A stretch of DNA of 64,000 bases from Desulfobacteraceae bacterium (GTDB lineage Bacteria > Desulfobacterota > Desulfobacteria > Desulfobacterales > UBA2174). The stretch covers positions 23,984 through 87,983 of the forward strand of contig DQXI01000012.1 of assembly GCA_011042305.1 (NCBI GenBank), in the 5' to 3' direction. Positions within the stretch are counted from its first letter, which is position 1. The number at the start of each line of letters is the position of its first letter. Both the position numbers and the translations under genes were made by a program. The notes under the pieces are model-generated. The model searched no databases, had not been told where the DNA came from, and saw only the letters and a list, made by a program, of their open reading frames with translations. Shown here piece after piece: positions 49,582 through 57,429 of the stretch.

Positions 49582-52500
49582 ATGAAATTTATAGCTGATC
49601 TTCATGTTCATTCCCGTCACTCGCGAGCCACCTCCCGCGACCTGAACCTCGAGAGCCTCTATATCGGCGCCCAACTCAAGGGAATTCAGGTGCTGGCCAC
49701 CGGAGATGCCACCCATCCGGCCTGGTTCGACGAGTTGGAGAACCGATTGGAACCGGCTGAAGCGGGCCTGTATCGCCTGCGGCCAGAGGTGGCCCGGGTC
49801 TGTGACCAGTCGGTGCCCGAGCGATGCCGGGGGCCGGTGCGGTTTGTCATCGGCACCGAGATCAGCAACATCTATAAAAAGGACGGCCGCACCCGCAAGA
49901 ATCACAACCTCGTCTTCATGCCGGACCTTGAAAAGGCCGCACGCTTCAACCGGCGGCTGGAGAAAATCGGCAACATCCACAGCGACGGCCGCCCGATCCT
50001 GGGCCTCGATGCCCGGGATCTGCTGGAGATCGTGCTGGAAACCGACCCCGCCGCCTACCTGGTGCCCGCCCATATCTGGACGCCCTGGTTTTCCATGCTC
50101 GGCAGCCAGTCCGGCTTCGACAGCCTGGATGAGTGCTTCGGCGACCTGAGCGGCCACGTATTCGCTGCCGAAACCGGCCTTTCCTCCGATCCACCGATGA
50201 ACTGGCGCGTCTCCGGCCTGGATCGGTTGACGTTGATTTCCAACTCCGATGCCCACTCGGCAGCCAAGCTGGGCCGGGAGGCCAACCGTTTTGACACCGA
50301 GCTCTCCTTTCTCGGCATCCGTCGCGCCATGGCCCAGGGCGTGGCCGGCGGCTTCCAGGGCACCATCGAGTTTTTTCCCCAGGAGGGAAAATACCACCTG
50401 GACGGCCACCGGGCCTGCGGCGTGTGTCTTACACCTGACGAAACCCGGCGCCTCAACGGCATCTGTCCGGCGTGCCACCGGCCGTTGACCCGCGGCGTGC
50501 TCCACCGGGTTACCGACCTGGCGGATCGGCCCGAGGGGGCGCCGGGGCCAACGGGTTCGGCCCCGTTTTGTCACCTGTTGCCCCTGGACGACATTCTGGC
50601 CGAGGTGTTGCGCTGCGGTCCGGCGACCAAGAAGGTGGCCAAGGCCTACCGCCAAGCGCTGGAGCGTCTCGGCAGCGAACTGAAAATCCTCATGGAACTG
50701 GATCGGGAGGCCATCGAGGCCGCCGATATTCCCCTGCTGGCCGAGGCTGTCTGCCGGATGCGACGGGGCCGGGTGACCATCGATCCCGGCCATGACGGCG
50801 CTTACGGCCGAATCCAGATTTTCTCCGCAGGCGAAAGGGGCCGGCTGTTGGGACAGCAGACCCTTTTTTCCCTTTCGACCGCCGCCAGCGATTCGGATTC
50901 GGGTTTGGCCCGCGTGGCGAAGCCGGCGCCATCGCCCCAACGCCAAGAGAGCCTGAAATTTGCCGGTCCGGTGCCCGATCCGCCGGCGCGGCTCAACGAG
51001 CCCCAGCGCCTAGCGGTGGAAGCGCCGGACGGGCCCCTGGTCATCGTGGCCGGCCCCGGCACAGGTAAGACTTTCACCCTGACCCGGCGCATCGCCAGGT
51101 TGATTTCCGTCCGAAAGGTTCCCGCCCGTCAGATCCTGGCGGTGACCTTCACTCGCCAGGCCGCTGATGCCCTGCGCCATCGCATTGTCGGCCAACTCGG
51201 TCCGGGGGTTGACCTGCCGGAGATCGGCACCTTTCATGGCCTTTGCGCCAAGTTTCTCGCCGAGCTGGGCGACGGCCCCGCGGCCATCGCCGACGACGCC
51301 TGTCGTCTGGCCCTGGTGCGGGACGCCATCGTGCAGGTCTCCGATGGTGGGCGACGGCCTGTGTCCACCCGTCGAGCGGCCGCTTTCATCGAGGCCCGCA
51401 AACAGGCGGACGCCAGCGTTTTTCAGGGCGACCCGGCAGACGGGTTTTTGGAGCGCGTCTACGAAAGCTACCAGCGGCTGCTGGCCGCCGACGGCTGGGC
51501 CGACTATGACGACCTGATCGCCCGCATGGTTGAAATCCTGGAAAGCGGCGACGCGCGGGCCAGTTCGCTGAAGGCACGCTTTACCCATGTTTTCGTCGAC
51601 GAGTTCCAGGACATTAACCCGGCCCAGTACCGCCTGGTGCGCACCCTGGCCCCGCCGGGGGCCAACCTGTTCGCCATAGGCGACCCGGACCAGTGTATCT
51701 ACGGTTTCCGCGGATCCGACCCGGCCCTGATGGACCGGCTGCGTCGCGACGACCCCGGCATGCAGGTGATCCGTCTGACCCGAAGCTATCGGTGTCCCCA
51801 GAGGATCCTGGAAGCCGCCGGCGAGGTCTTGGCCGCCGCTGCACCTCAACGCCCGCTTCTGGAGGGCGCCGGTTGCGGACCCAAGGTGGCTGTGGTGAAG
51901 GCTCCGAGCGAAAAGGCCGAGGCGGTGGCCATTGGCCGCATCATCGAACAGCGGGTGGGCGGCAGCGGTTTCGAGACCGTCAACTTCGGCGTGCTGAATG
52001 CCGGGAACGGACCCTGTCGGGACAGTTTTTCCGACTTCGCGGTCCTTTTTCGCACCCACGCCCGGGGCCAACGCATCGCCCAAGTGCTCCAGGCCGGCGG
52101 CATTCCTTGCCAATTTGCCAGCCGGAGGCGCGTGAGCGACGACCCTGCCGTGGCCGGCCTGATGGCCTTGCTGCGGTTGGTGGACGGGCGCGCCGGGCTC
52201 ATCGATCTGCAGCAGTCCTTGGCCTGGCTGCCCGAGGCGCCGGGGCGCAAGGCGTTGGAAATTTTCAAGCACTGGTGCTACCGCCGGGGCCTTAGCCTGG
52301 CGCAGGGCCTGCGCCAGGCGGTCCGGCTGCCGGTGGACGGTCTCAGCGTGTCTCGCCAGCGCCGCTTGGTGGCGGCCATCGAGCGCCTTCAAACCCTCGT
52401 GGAGGCGACAAAAGCCCTGCCGCTGGCGGAAAAAATCGTTTATCTTGTTGGAAAAACAAGGCTTTCGAAAATACTCGACCCATTGCCGGAAGCGCTCTCT

Positions 52501-52905
52501 CAACTGGTGCCAGCGTGCCGTGACACGGGCGAGTTTCTCACGCGGGTGGCACTGACCGCCGATGCGGACATCTACGACGCCCGGGCCGAACGGGTGACGC
52601 TGCTGAGCCTGCATGCCGCCAAGGGGCTCGAGTTCCCGGTGGTGTTCATCGCCGGCTGCGAAGACGGCCTGATTCCCCTCAAGCGGCCGGGGGTCACCGT
52701 GGATCTTGCCGAGGAGCGGCGCCTGTTTTACGTGGGAATGACCCGCGCCAGCCAGGCCCTCTACCTCTGTGCCGCCCAGGGGCAGGCGGGCCAGGGAAGG
52801 CTGTCTCCGTTTATCGGCGAGATCGGCGCTGGGCTCAAGTTCGACGAAACCCCTTCCCGCCCGGCGCCCAGGCGGCCGCGGCAGACCCAGATGTCTCTTT
52901 TTTGA
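49582..52905 (+). CDS. Fusion protein: Endonuclease Q-like PHP nuclease (N-terminal ~430 aa) + UvrD/PcrA-type SF1 helicase (C-terminal ~640 aa)
   Basis: EndoQ-type motifs: FIADLHVHSRHS, PAHIWTPWFS, SNSDAHS, GREANRF, GKYHLDGH, a Zn ribbon CGVC...CPAC, and GAYGRIQIF. UvrD motifs: AGPGTGKT, VFVDEFQD, GDPDQCIYGFRG, LTRSYRC, LHAAKGLEFPVVF, RRLFYVGMTRA. Confidence 0.9.
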   Translation: MKFIADLHVHSRHSRATSRDLNLESLYIGAQLKGIQVLATGDATHPAWFDELENRLEPAEAGLYRLRPEVARVCDQSVPERCRGPVRFVIGTEISNIYKKDGRTRKNHNLVFMPDLEKAARFNRRLEKIGNIHSDGRPILGLDARDLLEIVLETDPAAYLVPAHIWTPWFSMLGSQSGFDSLDECFGDLSGHVFAAETGLSSDPPMNWRVSGLDRLTLISNSDAHSAAKLGREANRFDTELSFLGIRRAMAQGVAGGFQGTIEFFPQEGKYHLDGHRACGVCLTPDETRRLNGICPACHRPLTRGVLHRVTDLADRPEGAPGPTGSAPFCHLLPLDDILAEVLRCGPATKKVAKAYRQALERLGSELKILMELDREAIEAADIPLLAEAVCRMRRGRVTIDPGHDGAYGRIQIFSAGERGRLLGQQTLFSLSTAASDSDSGLARVAKPAPSPQRQESLKFAGPVPDPPARLNEPQRLAVEAPDGPLVIVAGPGTGKTFTLTRRIARLISVRKVPARQILAVTFTRQAADALRHRIVGQLGPGVDLPEIGTFHGLCAKFLAELGDGPAAIADDACRLALVRDAIVQVSDGGRRPVSTRRAAAFIEARKQADASVFQGDPADGFLERVYESYQRLLAADGWADYDDLIARMVEILESGDARASSLKARFTHVFVDEFQDINPAQYRLVRTLAPPGANLFAIGDPDQCIYGFRGSDPALMDRLRRDDPGMQVIRLTRSYRCPQRILEAAGEVLAAAAPQRPLLEGAGCGPKVAVVKAPSEKAEAVAIGRIIEQRVGGSGFETVNFGVLNAGNGPCRDSFSDFAVLFRTHARGQRIAQVLQAGGIPCQFASRRRVSDDPAVAGLMALLRLVDGRAGLIDLQQSLAWLPEAPGRKALEIFKHWCYRRGLSLAQGLRQAVRLPVDGLSVSRQRRLVAAIERLQTLVEATKALPLAEKIVYLVGKTRLSKILDPLPEALSQLVPACRDTGEFLTRVALTADADIYDARAERVTLLSLHAAKGLEFPVVFIAGCEDGLIPLKRPGVTVDLAEERRLFYVGMTRASQALYLCAAQGQAGQGRLSPFIGEIGAGLKFDETPSRPAPRRPRQTQMSLF

Positions 52906-52915
52906 GGCCACCCCC

Positions 52916-53812
52916 ATGACCAAGGACAACGTCATCCGTTTCGACAGCCAGGCGCGGTTGCACCAAAAGGCGCTGGCCTATTTAGAGGATCTCGATGCCT
53001 TTCTCTCGGATCTCGACCGCGCCGTGCCCCTGCTGCTGCAGGTGCTCAAGGGATCGGCGGACGACGATCTGAAACAGCAGATCATCATGCTGCTGGGCGG
53101 GTTCGCCAAGCGGCAGGTTGCGCGCCCGCTCCTGGAGCTGATGTGCGACGAGAACCAGAGCGACGAGGTGCGGCATCAGGCCGCCGTCCAGCTTTCGGTG
53201 ACCGCGTCTTTTCTCGAGGCCCCCGAGGCGGTTGTCGAGGCCCTCATCGCCCAGTTGAACCATCCGGACCCCCAGCACCGGGCCAACGCCACCTTCGCCC
53301 TGGGCTGGGAGGGCAACCACCGGGCCGCCGTGGCCTTGGTGGAAAAGCTTTTCGATCCCAGCGCCGAGGTACAGCAGGCGGCGGTCAACGCCCTTTCCAA
53401 CCTGCGCGATGACCGGATTCTCGACCTGCTCCTCGACCGGCTGGCCCACGGGTCCGTGGACCAGCAACGGGCCATCCTTTTTAACTTGTGGCGGTTTTAC
53501 AGCCGGCGCGAGCAGGTGCTGGCCGTTTACCGCGACTACCTGCGCCATCCGGATCCGGCCCTGCGCCTCGACGCCCTGGTGCTGATGGGCACTGTGAGCG
53601 AAACGGCGGACGAGGTGGACCGCTACCTGGAGCTGCTGCAGGACGAGCAGGAACGGATTCGCGAGCTGGTTCTGGAGAGGCTGGAGGATTTGCCTCCAGA
53701 GCACCTTGTCGCCGTCGCCGAGCCCGTTCGTTCGCTGCTTTCCGACCCTTCGGCCAAGGTTCGCCAGGCCGCCGTGCGGCTGTTGGCAAGAGTTGAAACG
53801 AAATTTTCTTGA
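52916..53812 (+). CDS. HEAT-repeat protein (PBS-lyase HEAT-like repeats)
   Basis: 298 aa from ATG 52916. Repeated approximately 30-aa helical units with D/N-P-x-x-x-V-R-x-x-A patterns (DEVRHQAAVQL, DPQHRANATFAL, SAEVQQAAVNAL, DPALRLDALVL, SAKVRQAAVRLL). It starts 11 nt after the fusion gene. Confidence 0.8.
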   Translation: MTKDNVIRFDSQARLHQKALAYLEDLDAFLSDLDRAVPLLLQVLKGSADDDLKQQIIMLLGGFAKRQVARPLLELMCDENQSDEVRHQAAVQLSVTASFLEAPEAVVEALIAQLNHPDPQHRANATFALGWEGNHRAAVALVEKLFDPSAEVQQAAVNALSNLRDDRILDLLLDRLAHGSVDQQRAILFNLWRFYSRREQVLAVYRDYLRHPDPALRLDALVLMGTVSETADEVDRYLELLQDEQERIRELVLERLEDLPPEHLVAVAEPVRSLLSDPSAKVRQAAVRLLARVETKFS

Positions 53813-53853
53813 CAACCGTTCGGGATGCGGTTTAATGACCAACCGTTTTTTTG

Positions 53854-53928
53854 GCGGGAATAACTCAGTGGTAGAGTGCGACCTTGCCAAGGTCGAAGTC
53901 GCGGGTTCAAATCCCGTTTCCCGCTCCA
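53854..53928 (+). tRNA. tRNA-Gly (anticodon GCC), CCA encoded
   Basis: GCGGGAATAACTCAGTGGTAGAGTGCGACCTTGCCAAGGTCGAAGTCGCGGGTTCAAATCCCGTTTCCCGCTCCA. This gives a cloverleaf with a 7-bp acceptor stem, anticodon loop CTTGCCAAG and T-loop GGTTCAAATCC. It is close to E. coli tRNA-Gly(GCC). Confidence 0.93.
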
Positions 53929-53939
53929 CGACACCCCCT

Positions 53940-53978
53940 AGACCCATCGGGCGCACCTGCCCGGTGGGTCTGTTCTTT
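53940..53978 (+). terminator. Rho-independent terminator after tRNA-Gly
   Basis: Stem AGACCCATCGGGC/GCCCGGTGGGTCT (one mismatch), followed by GTTCTTT. Confidence 0.6.
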
Positions 53979-54027
53979 GGTGCTAGGGCGAAGCACCGTG
54001 TCCACGCTCACCCCTTGATGTTGAACG

Positions 54028-54067
54028 CCAAAAAGCAAACCCCGCCGGGCAAGCACACCGGCGGGGT
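54028..54067 (-). terminator. Rho-independent terminator of the ZraP-like gene
   Basis: Stem ACCCCGCCGG/CCGGCGGGGT (54039-54067), followed on the minus strand by TTGCTTTTTGG. Confidence 0.65.
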
Positions 54068-54094
54068 GTCGGGTTCAGTGAACAGGGGTTTCGG

Positions 54095-54604
54095 TTACCT
54101 CCAGCAGAAGCCGCGGCCGCCCCGGCCGTGATGGGGCCCCGCGCCGTAGCCCATTCCCTGGCCGAAGCCGACCTCTGGGGCGATCTTGCGTAATTCCAGG
54201 TGATGGGCCAGGCGCTTGGCGTCCAGCTGGGCGCGCAGAGTGGAAATCTCGGCCTGGAGGGCCTGGGCCCTGGCGGTATCCGGCTCCTTCTTGGCGAGCT
54301 CGGCCTGAAGGCTCAGCTCTTTCTGGCGCAGGTCGGCGCGCAGGTCGGCCGTGGCGTCGTGAAAGTCGGTGCGCAGCTTGTCCAGCTGGGCGATCTGCTC
54401 GTCGGTCAAGTTGGCCGCTTCCCACCGGCCGCGGCCGTCGTGATAGCCGTCGTGATAGCGCGGACAGTCTCCGTAAGTGCCGGCACCTCTCTTGCCATGG
54501 CCTGACCCCGGACCGTAGGCATCGGCCAGGGCGATACCGGAAAAGCCCACCAGGGCGACGATGGCGGCAATCAGAATGCTGCGATGGATACGGTTGGTCT
54601 TCAT
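54095..54604 (-). CDS. Periplasmic Spy/CpxP/ZraP-family chaperone (ZraP-like, His/Gly-rich ends)
   Basis: Signal peptide, LTxxQ motif (LTDEQIAQL), and Gly/His-rich N- and C-terminal tails (GSGHGKRG; GAGPHHGRGGRG). Confidence 0.85.
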   Translation of the reverse strand: MKTNRIHRSILIAAIVALVGFSGIALADAYGPGSGHGKRGAGTYGDCPRYHDGYHDGRGRWEAANLTDEQIAQLDKLRTDFHDATADLRADLRQKELSLQAELAKKEPDTARAQALQAEISTLRAQLDAKRLAHHLELRKIAPEVGFGQGMGYGAGPHHGRGGRGFCWR

Positions 54605-54677
54605 GGTTACCTCCTGTTGAGTTGAAAAAGTTTCCGGATCGTCAAATCCGTCGTTCAGCTTTGTTCGCTTCGTTTAA

Positions 54678-54693
54678 AGCAACCGGCGTGCCA
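54678..54693 (-). promoter_or_regulatory. Sigma-54 (RpoN) promoter of the ZraP-like gene
   Basis: The minus strand reads TTGGCACGCCGGTTGCTT, a perfect TGGCACG-N4-TTGCT -24/-12 element. It lies about 75 nt upstream of ATG 54604, which has an AGGAGG RBS. Confidence 0.7.
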
Positions 54694-54779
54694 AGCGGTT
54701 GCAAAGAAAGATAACCGCCGGAAATAAAAAACAAATTTTTTTGTTCGGAAAAGATGAAGTTTTAGGCGCAAAAAAAGAC

Positions 54780-54836
54780 GGGTAAAAAATACACGCTTTT
54801 AGTGGGTGTTTCGACGTGGGTGGGTAAAAATTACAC
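54780..54836. repeat. Direct repeat pair GGGTAAAAA(A/T)TACAC, candidate enhancer (UAS) for the sigma-54 promoter
   Basis: Copies at 54780-54794 and 54822-54836 are 42 nt apart (about four helical turns). They lie roughly 90-145 nt upstream of the -24/-12 element. An A/T palindrome (AACAAATTTTTTTGTT, 54730-54746) lies in between. Confidence 0.4.
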
Positions 54837-54917
54837 ACCAAAACGCTTCGAGCCCCTCACCGTGCCGGGAAGGAACGGATGATGGGGCTCGCAAGCGGTT
54901 GGAAGAGGGCTGAATTT

Positions 54918-55379
54918 TCAACGGCGATGGTTGAAGGCGCCGCGCCGCCACAGCCGCGAGAGGCCAAGTTCAGGGGCGACCTGCTTGGCCTGCAAGAGGT
55001 GCTGAAGCCGCTGTTGCGCCAGTTCGGTGCGCAGCGCGGAAATGGATTTCTGAATCCGGCCGGCTTTGGCCGCATCAGGGACCTTCTTGGCCAGCTCGGC
55101 GGCCAGGGCCAGGCGCCGCTGGCGCAGCTCCCGGCGCAGGTCGCGGGTCTCGGCCCGGAAGTCTCGGCGCAGTTGCCTGAGCCGGGCCACCTGGTCCTCG
55201 GTCAGATCCGCCGTCCAGCCGGCCAACGCCCGTTGGGGATGCGGACCACGGAGCCATCTCTCCTGCGTATCCTGCATCGGCCCCGGACGGGGACCGGCGG
55301 ACGCCGGTCCGGCCGTGAAAGCGACAGCGGCAAAAAACAGCAGCATGGCGATAGGGGCGCAACGATTCATGGATTTCAT
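54918..55379 (-). CDS. Periplasmic Spy/CpxP-family protein (second paralog)
   Basis: Signal peptide and LTxxQ motif (LTEDQVARLRQL). It has the same helical-hairpin pattern as the neighbouring paralog. Confidence 0.8.
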   Translation of the reverse strand: MKSMNRCAPIAMLLFFAAVAFTAGPASAGPRPGPMQDTQERWLRGPHPQRALAGWTADLTEDQVARLRQLRRDFRAETRDLRRELRQRRLALAAELAKKVPDAAKAGRIQKSISALRTELAQQRLQHLLQAKQVAPELGLSRLWRRGAFNHRR

Positions 55380-55427
55380 AGCAGATCTCCTTTTTTGGCG
55401 AAGCGGTTCAAGGCAGCCTCTATCAGG

Positions 55428-55547
55428 CTATAAATGGATCCACTGTATCAGCCCGCTGGCCATTGTTTCGTTCACCCCGGAGTAGATCACCAGCGCCAGT
55501 CCGCCGAGCCAGAGGATCGTTTTGAGCACTTCGCTGATCTGTTTCAT
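55428..55547 (-). CDS. Candidate 39-aa small membrane protein
   Basis: Not in the track. Manual translation gives MKQISEVLKTILWLGGLALVIYSGVNETMASGLIQWIHL, with one hydrophobic helix. It lies 48 nt upstream of, and co-oriented with, the second Spy-like gene. The RBS is weak (AAAGG). Confidence 0.3.
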   Translation of the reverse strand: MKQISEVLKTILWLGGLALVIYSGVNETMASGLIQWIHL

Positions 55548-55742
55548 CGGCCTGACCTTTCATCCAGTCGGGTTTTCTCCGAGGTCTTCACCTGTCGGCG
55601 CTCGCTTCTTAAGTCGCTTACGCCTGTCGGCCGGTTACATACTTCGGCGCTGCGGCTTTTCCCGGTGGCGGTTCCGTGGTAGATTCGATCAACCTTCCGG
55701 CATCATCCGACGCATTGCCAACCTCAAGACGGGGAGGACCCG

Positions 55743-56771
55743 ATGCGGCGCGACCAGCTCATTCGGCAGTGGTCCCTGCTCAGCCGGCTCGAATCCAGCC
55801 TGGCCGGTCTCACTGTGGCGCAGATGGCCGCCGCCGGCGGCGTCTCCGAGCGCACCATCTACCGCGACCTGGCCGATCTGCAGGCCGCTGGTTTTCCTCT
55901 GCACAGCGTCAAAGAGAAAGACGAAACCCGCTGGCGTTTCGTCGAAGGGTACGTGTTCAGGACCCCCCGGCCCATCCGCGCCAGCGAGCTGCTGGCGTTG
56001 CACCTGGCCCGTGACATGCTCACCGCCTTTCGCGGCACGGTGTTTCACCAGGAGCTCGAAGGTCTCTGGCAGACCATCGAGGCGGGGCTGGCGCCGGCCA
56101 CGCGGGATTTCTTGGAGGGCATCAAGGACCTGTATCGCATCGGTCCGGGCCCGGACCACCAGTACGTGGCCCGGGCCGAGATCGTCGCCCGGCTCAACCA
56201 GGCCCTGAGCGAGCGCCACTCGGTGGACATGGCCTACCATTCTCTGAAGAGCCCGGAGCGCCGGGTGCGGCGGGTGGACCCCTATGCCCTGTGGTTCAAG
56301 AACAACACCTTGTATTTGGTGGCATTCTGCCACCGGCGCGGCCAGGTGCGCATCTTCGCCGTGGACCGCATCAGCATGATCCAGGCCACCAGCGAGCGCT
56401 TTACCATCGCCGCCGATTTCGACCTGGACCGCTACCTGGCCGACTGCTTCGGGGTGATGCGTGGGGAGGCCTGCAACGTGCGCATCCGCATCAGCCCGGC
56501 CTGGGCGCGCTACGTGGCCGAGCGCACCTGGCACCCCAGCCAGCACATCCAGGGGCATATCGACGGCGGCATCGAGATCGCCTTCCGCGTGGCCGGGCTG
56601 GAGGAAATCCGGCAGTGGGTCCTCTCCCTGGGCCCCGAGGCCCGGGTGATCGAGCCGCCCGAACTCAAGGCAGAGGTGGTTCAAAGCCTGGCCGAAGCCC
56701 TGGCGCTCTACGACACCGGCGACCAGCGGGGCGAGGCGCCCCGGCAGGCCAGCTTGCCGGGGTTGGGTTGA
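55743..56771 (+). CDS. HTH-WYL-WCX transcriptional regulator (YafY/PafBC-like)
   Basis: N-terminal wHTH (VSERTIYRDLADLQAAGFPL), a WYL domain (VDPYALWFKNNTLYLVAFCHRRGQVRIFAVDRI) and a C-terminal WCX-like domain. Confidence 0.9.
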   Translation: MRRDQLIRQWSLLSRLESSLAGLTVAQMAAAGGVSERTIYRDLADLQAAGFPLHSVKEKDETRWRFVEGYVFRTPRPIRASELLALHLARDMLTAFRGTVFHQELEGLWQTIEAGLAPATRDFLEGIKDLYRIGPGPDHQYVARAEIVARLNQALSERHSVDMAYHSLKSPERRVRRVDPYALWFKNNTLYLVAFCHRRGQVRIFAVDRISMIQATSERFTIAADFDLDRYLADCFGVMRGEACNVRIRISPAWARYVAERTWHPSQHIQGHIDGGIEIAFRVAGLEEIRQWVLSLGPEARVIEPPELKAEVVQSLAEALALYDTGDQRGEAPRQASLPGLG

Positions 56772-56888
56772 GAGAACACCAGAAGCGCGGAGGAAACCAG
56801 GAGGTCCAGTTGTGGGAGGAAAGGCCGAGGCAGCCAAATTTTGGCGAACTTGGGTTAGGCAACGGGACCATCAAGCGGGTCAAAGGCT

Positions 56889-56935
56889 CAAAAAAAGGCC
56901 CGAACTCGTCGAAACGAGATCGGGCCCTTGATTTT
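56889..56935. terminator. Bidirectional terminator between the WYL regulator and csp
   Basis: Stem GGCCCGA-CTCGT / ACGAG-TCGGGCC (56897-56926), flanked by an A-run upstream and CTTGATTTTG downstream. Confidence 0.65.
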
Positions 56936-56953
56936 GCGGCGGCAAGCGCCGTC

Positions 56954-57151
56954 TTAGATCACTGTGACATTGGACGCGGAAGGCCCTTTGGGGCCTTGCG
57001 CGATGTCAAAAGAGACCCGGTCGCCATCGTTGAGCGTCTTGAAACCGGTCGCGTTGATCCCCGAGTGGTGAACAAACACATCCGGTCCGTCTTCCCGCTC
57101 GATGAAACCGAAACCCTTTTGTTCGCTAAACCATTTTACAGTTCCGTCCAT
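56954..57151 (-). CDS. cspA: Cold-shock protein (CspA family)
   Basis: 65 aa. RNP1 KGFGFI and RNP2 VFVHH motifs; [16 protein letters not shown]. Confidence 0.95.
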   Translation of the reverse strand: MDGTVKWFSEQKGFGFIEREDGPDVFVHHSGINATGFKTLNDGDRVSFDIAQGPKGPSASNVTVI

Positions 57152-57154
57152 GCT

Positions 57155-57202
57155 AACATCCTCCTTTCTTCAGAATTTCAAGATTTCGTGCTGGAGGATG
57201 TT
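57155..57202 (-). promoter_or_regulatory. SD-sequestering hairpin in the csp 5' leader
   Basis: There is a perfect 10-nt inverted repeat. The mRNA reads AACAUCCUCC (from 57202-57193), a 28-nt loop, then GGAGGAUGUU (from 57164-57155). The second arm contains the Shine-Dalgarno sequence 3 nt before the AUG. Confidence 0.5.
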
Positions 57203-57281
57203 ACAGGTGAACCATGTATCATGCCTTCAGAAAGAAATCGCCCCACCCGATTTGCCGGGCGGGGCCGTATCGATAAAAAGT

Positions 57282-57310
57282 ACTATAATCGGCATTGGAC
57301 AGGAAAGCAA
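57282..57310 (-). promoter_or_regulatory. Sigma-70-type promoter of csp
   Basis: The minus strand reads TTGCTT (57310-57305), 17-nt spacer, TATAGT (57287-57282). This predicts a leader of roughly 125 nt. Confidence 0.5.
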
Positions 57311-57429
57311 GCTTTTTTTGAGGACCTTCCGTCGCACCGGGACCCGTTTCCATTTTATTGCCCGCCAACCTGGGCCGACAGGGAGCTGAGGGGCGTCTGC
57401 GCGAACCGGTAGCCGGCTCCTTTTTCCGT

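Noticed and set aside
56291-57412. 373-aa plus-strand ORF running through the WYL gene 3' half, the bidirectional terminator and the whole csp gene in antisense. A possible AGGAGG-TTG start lies near 56809.
   Set aside because: It crosses a strong terminator hairpin and is exactly antisense to a perfectly conserved CspA-family gene. It has no recognisable motifs. Only its last 63 codons are kept, as a low-confidence question in the findings.
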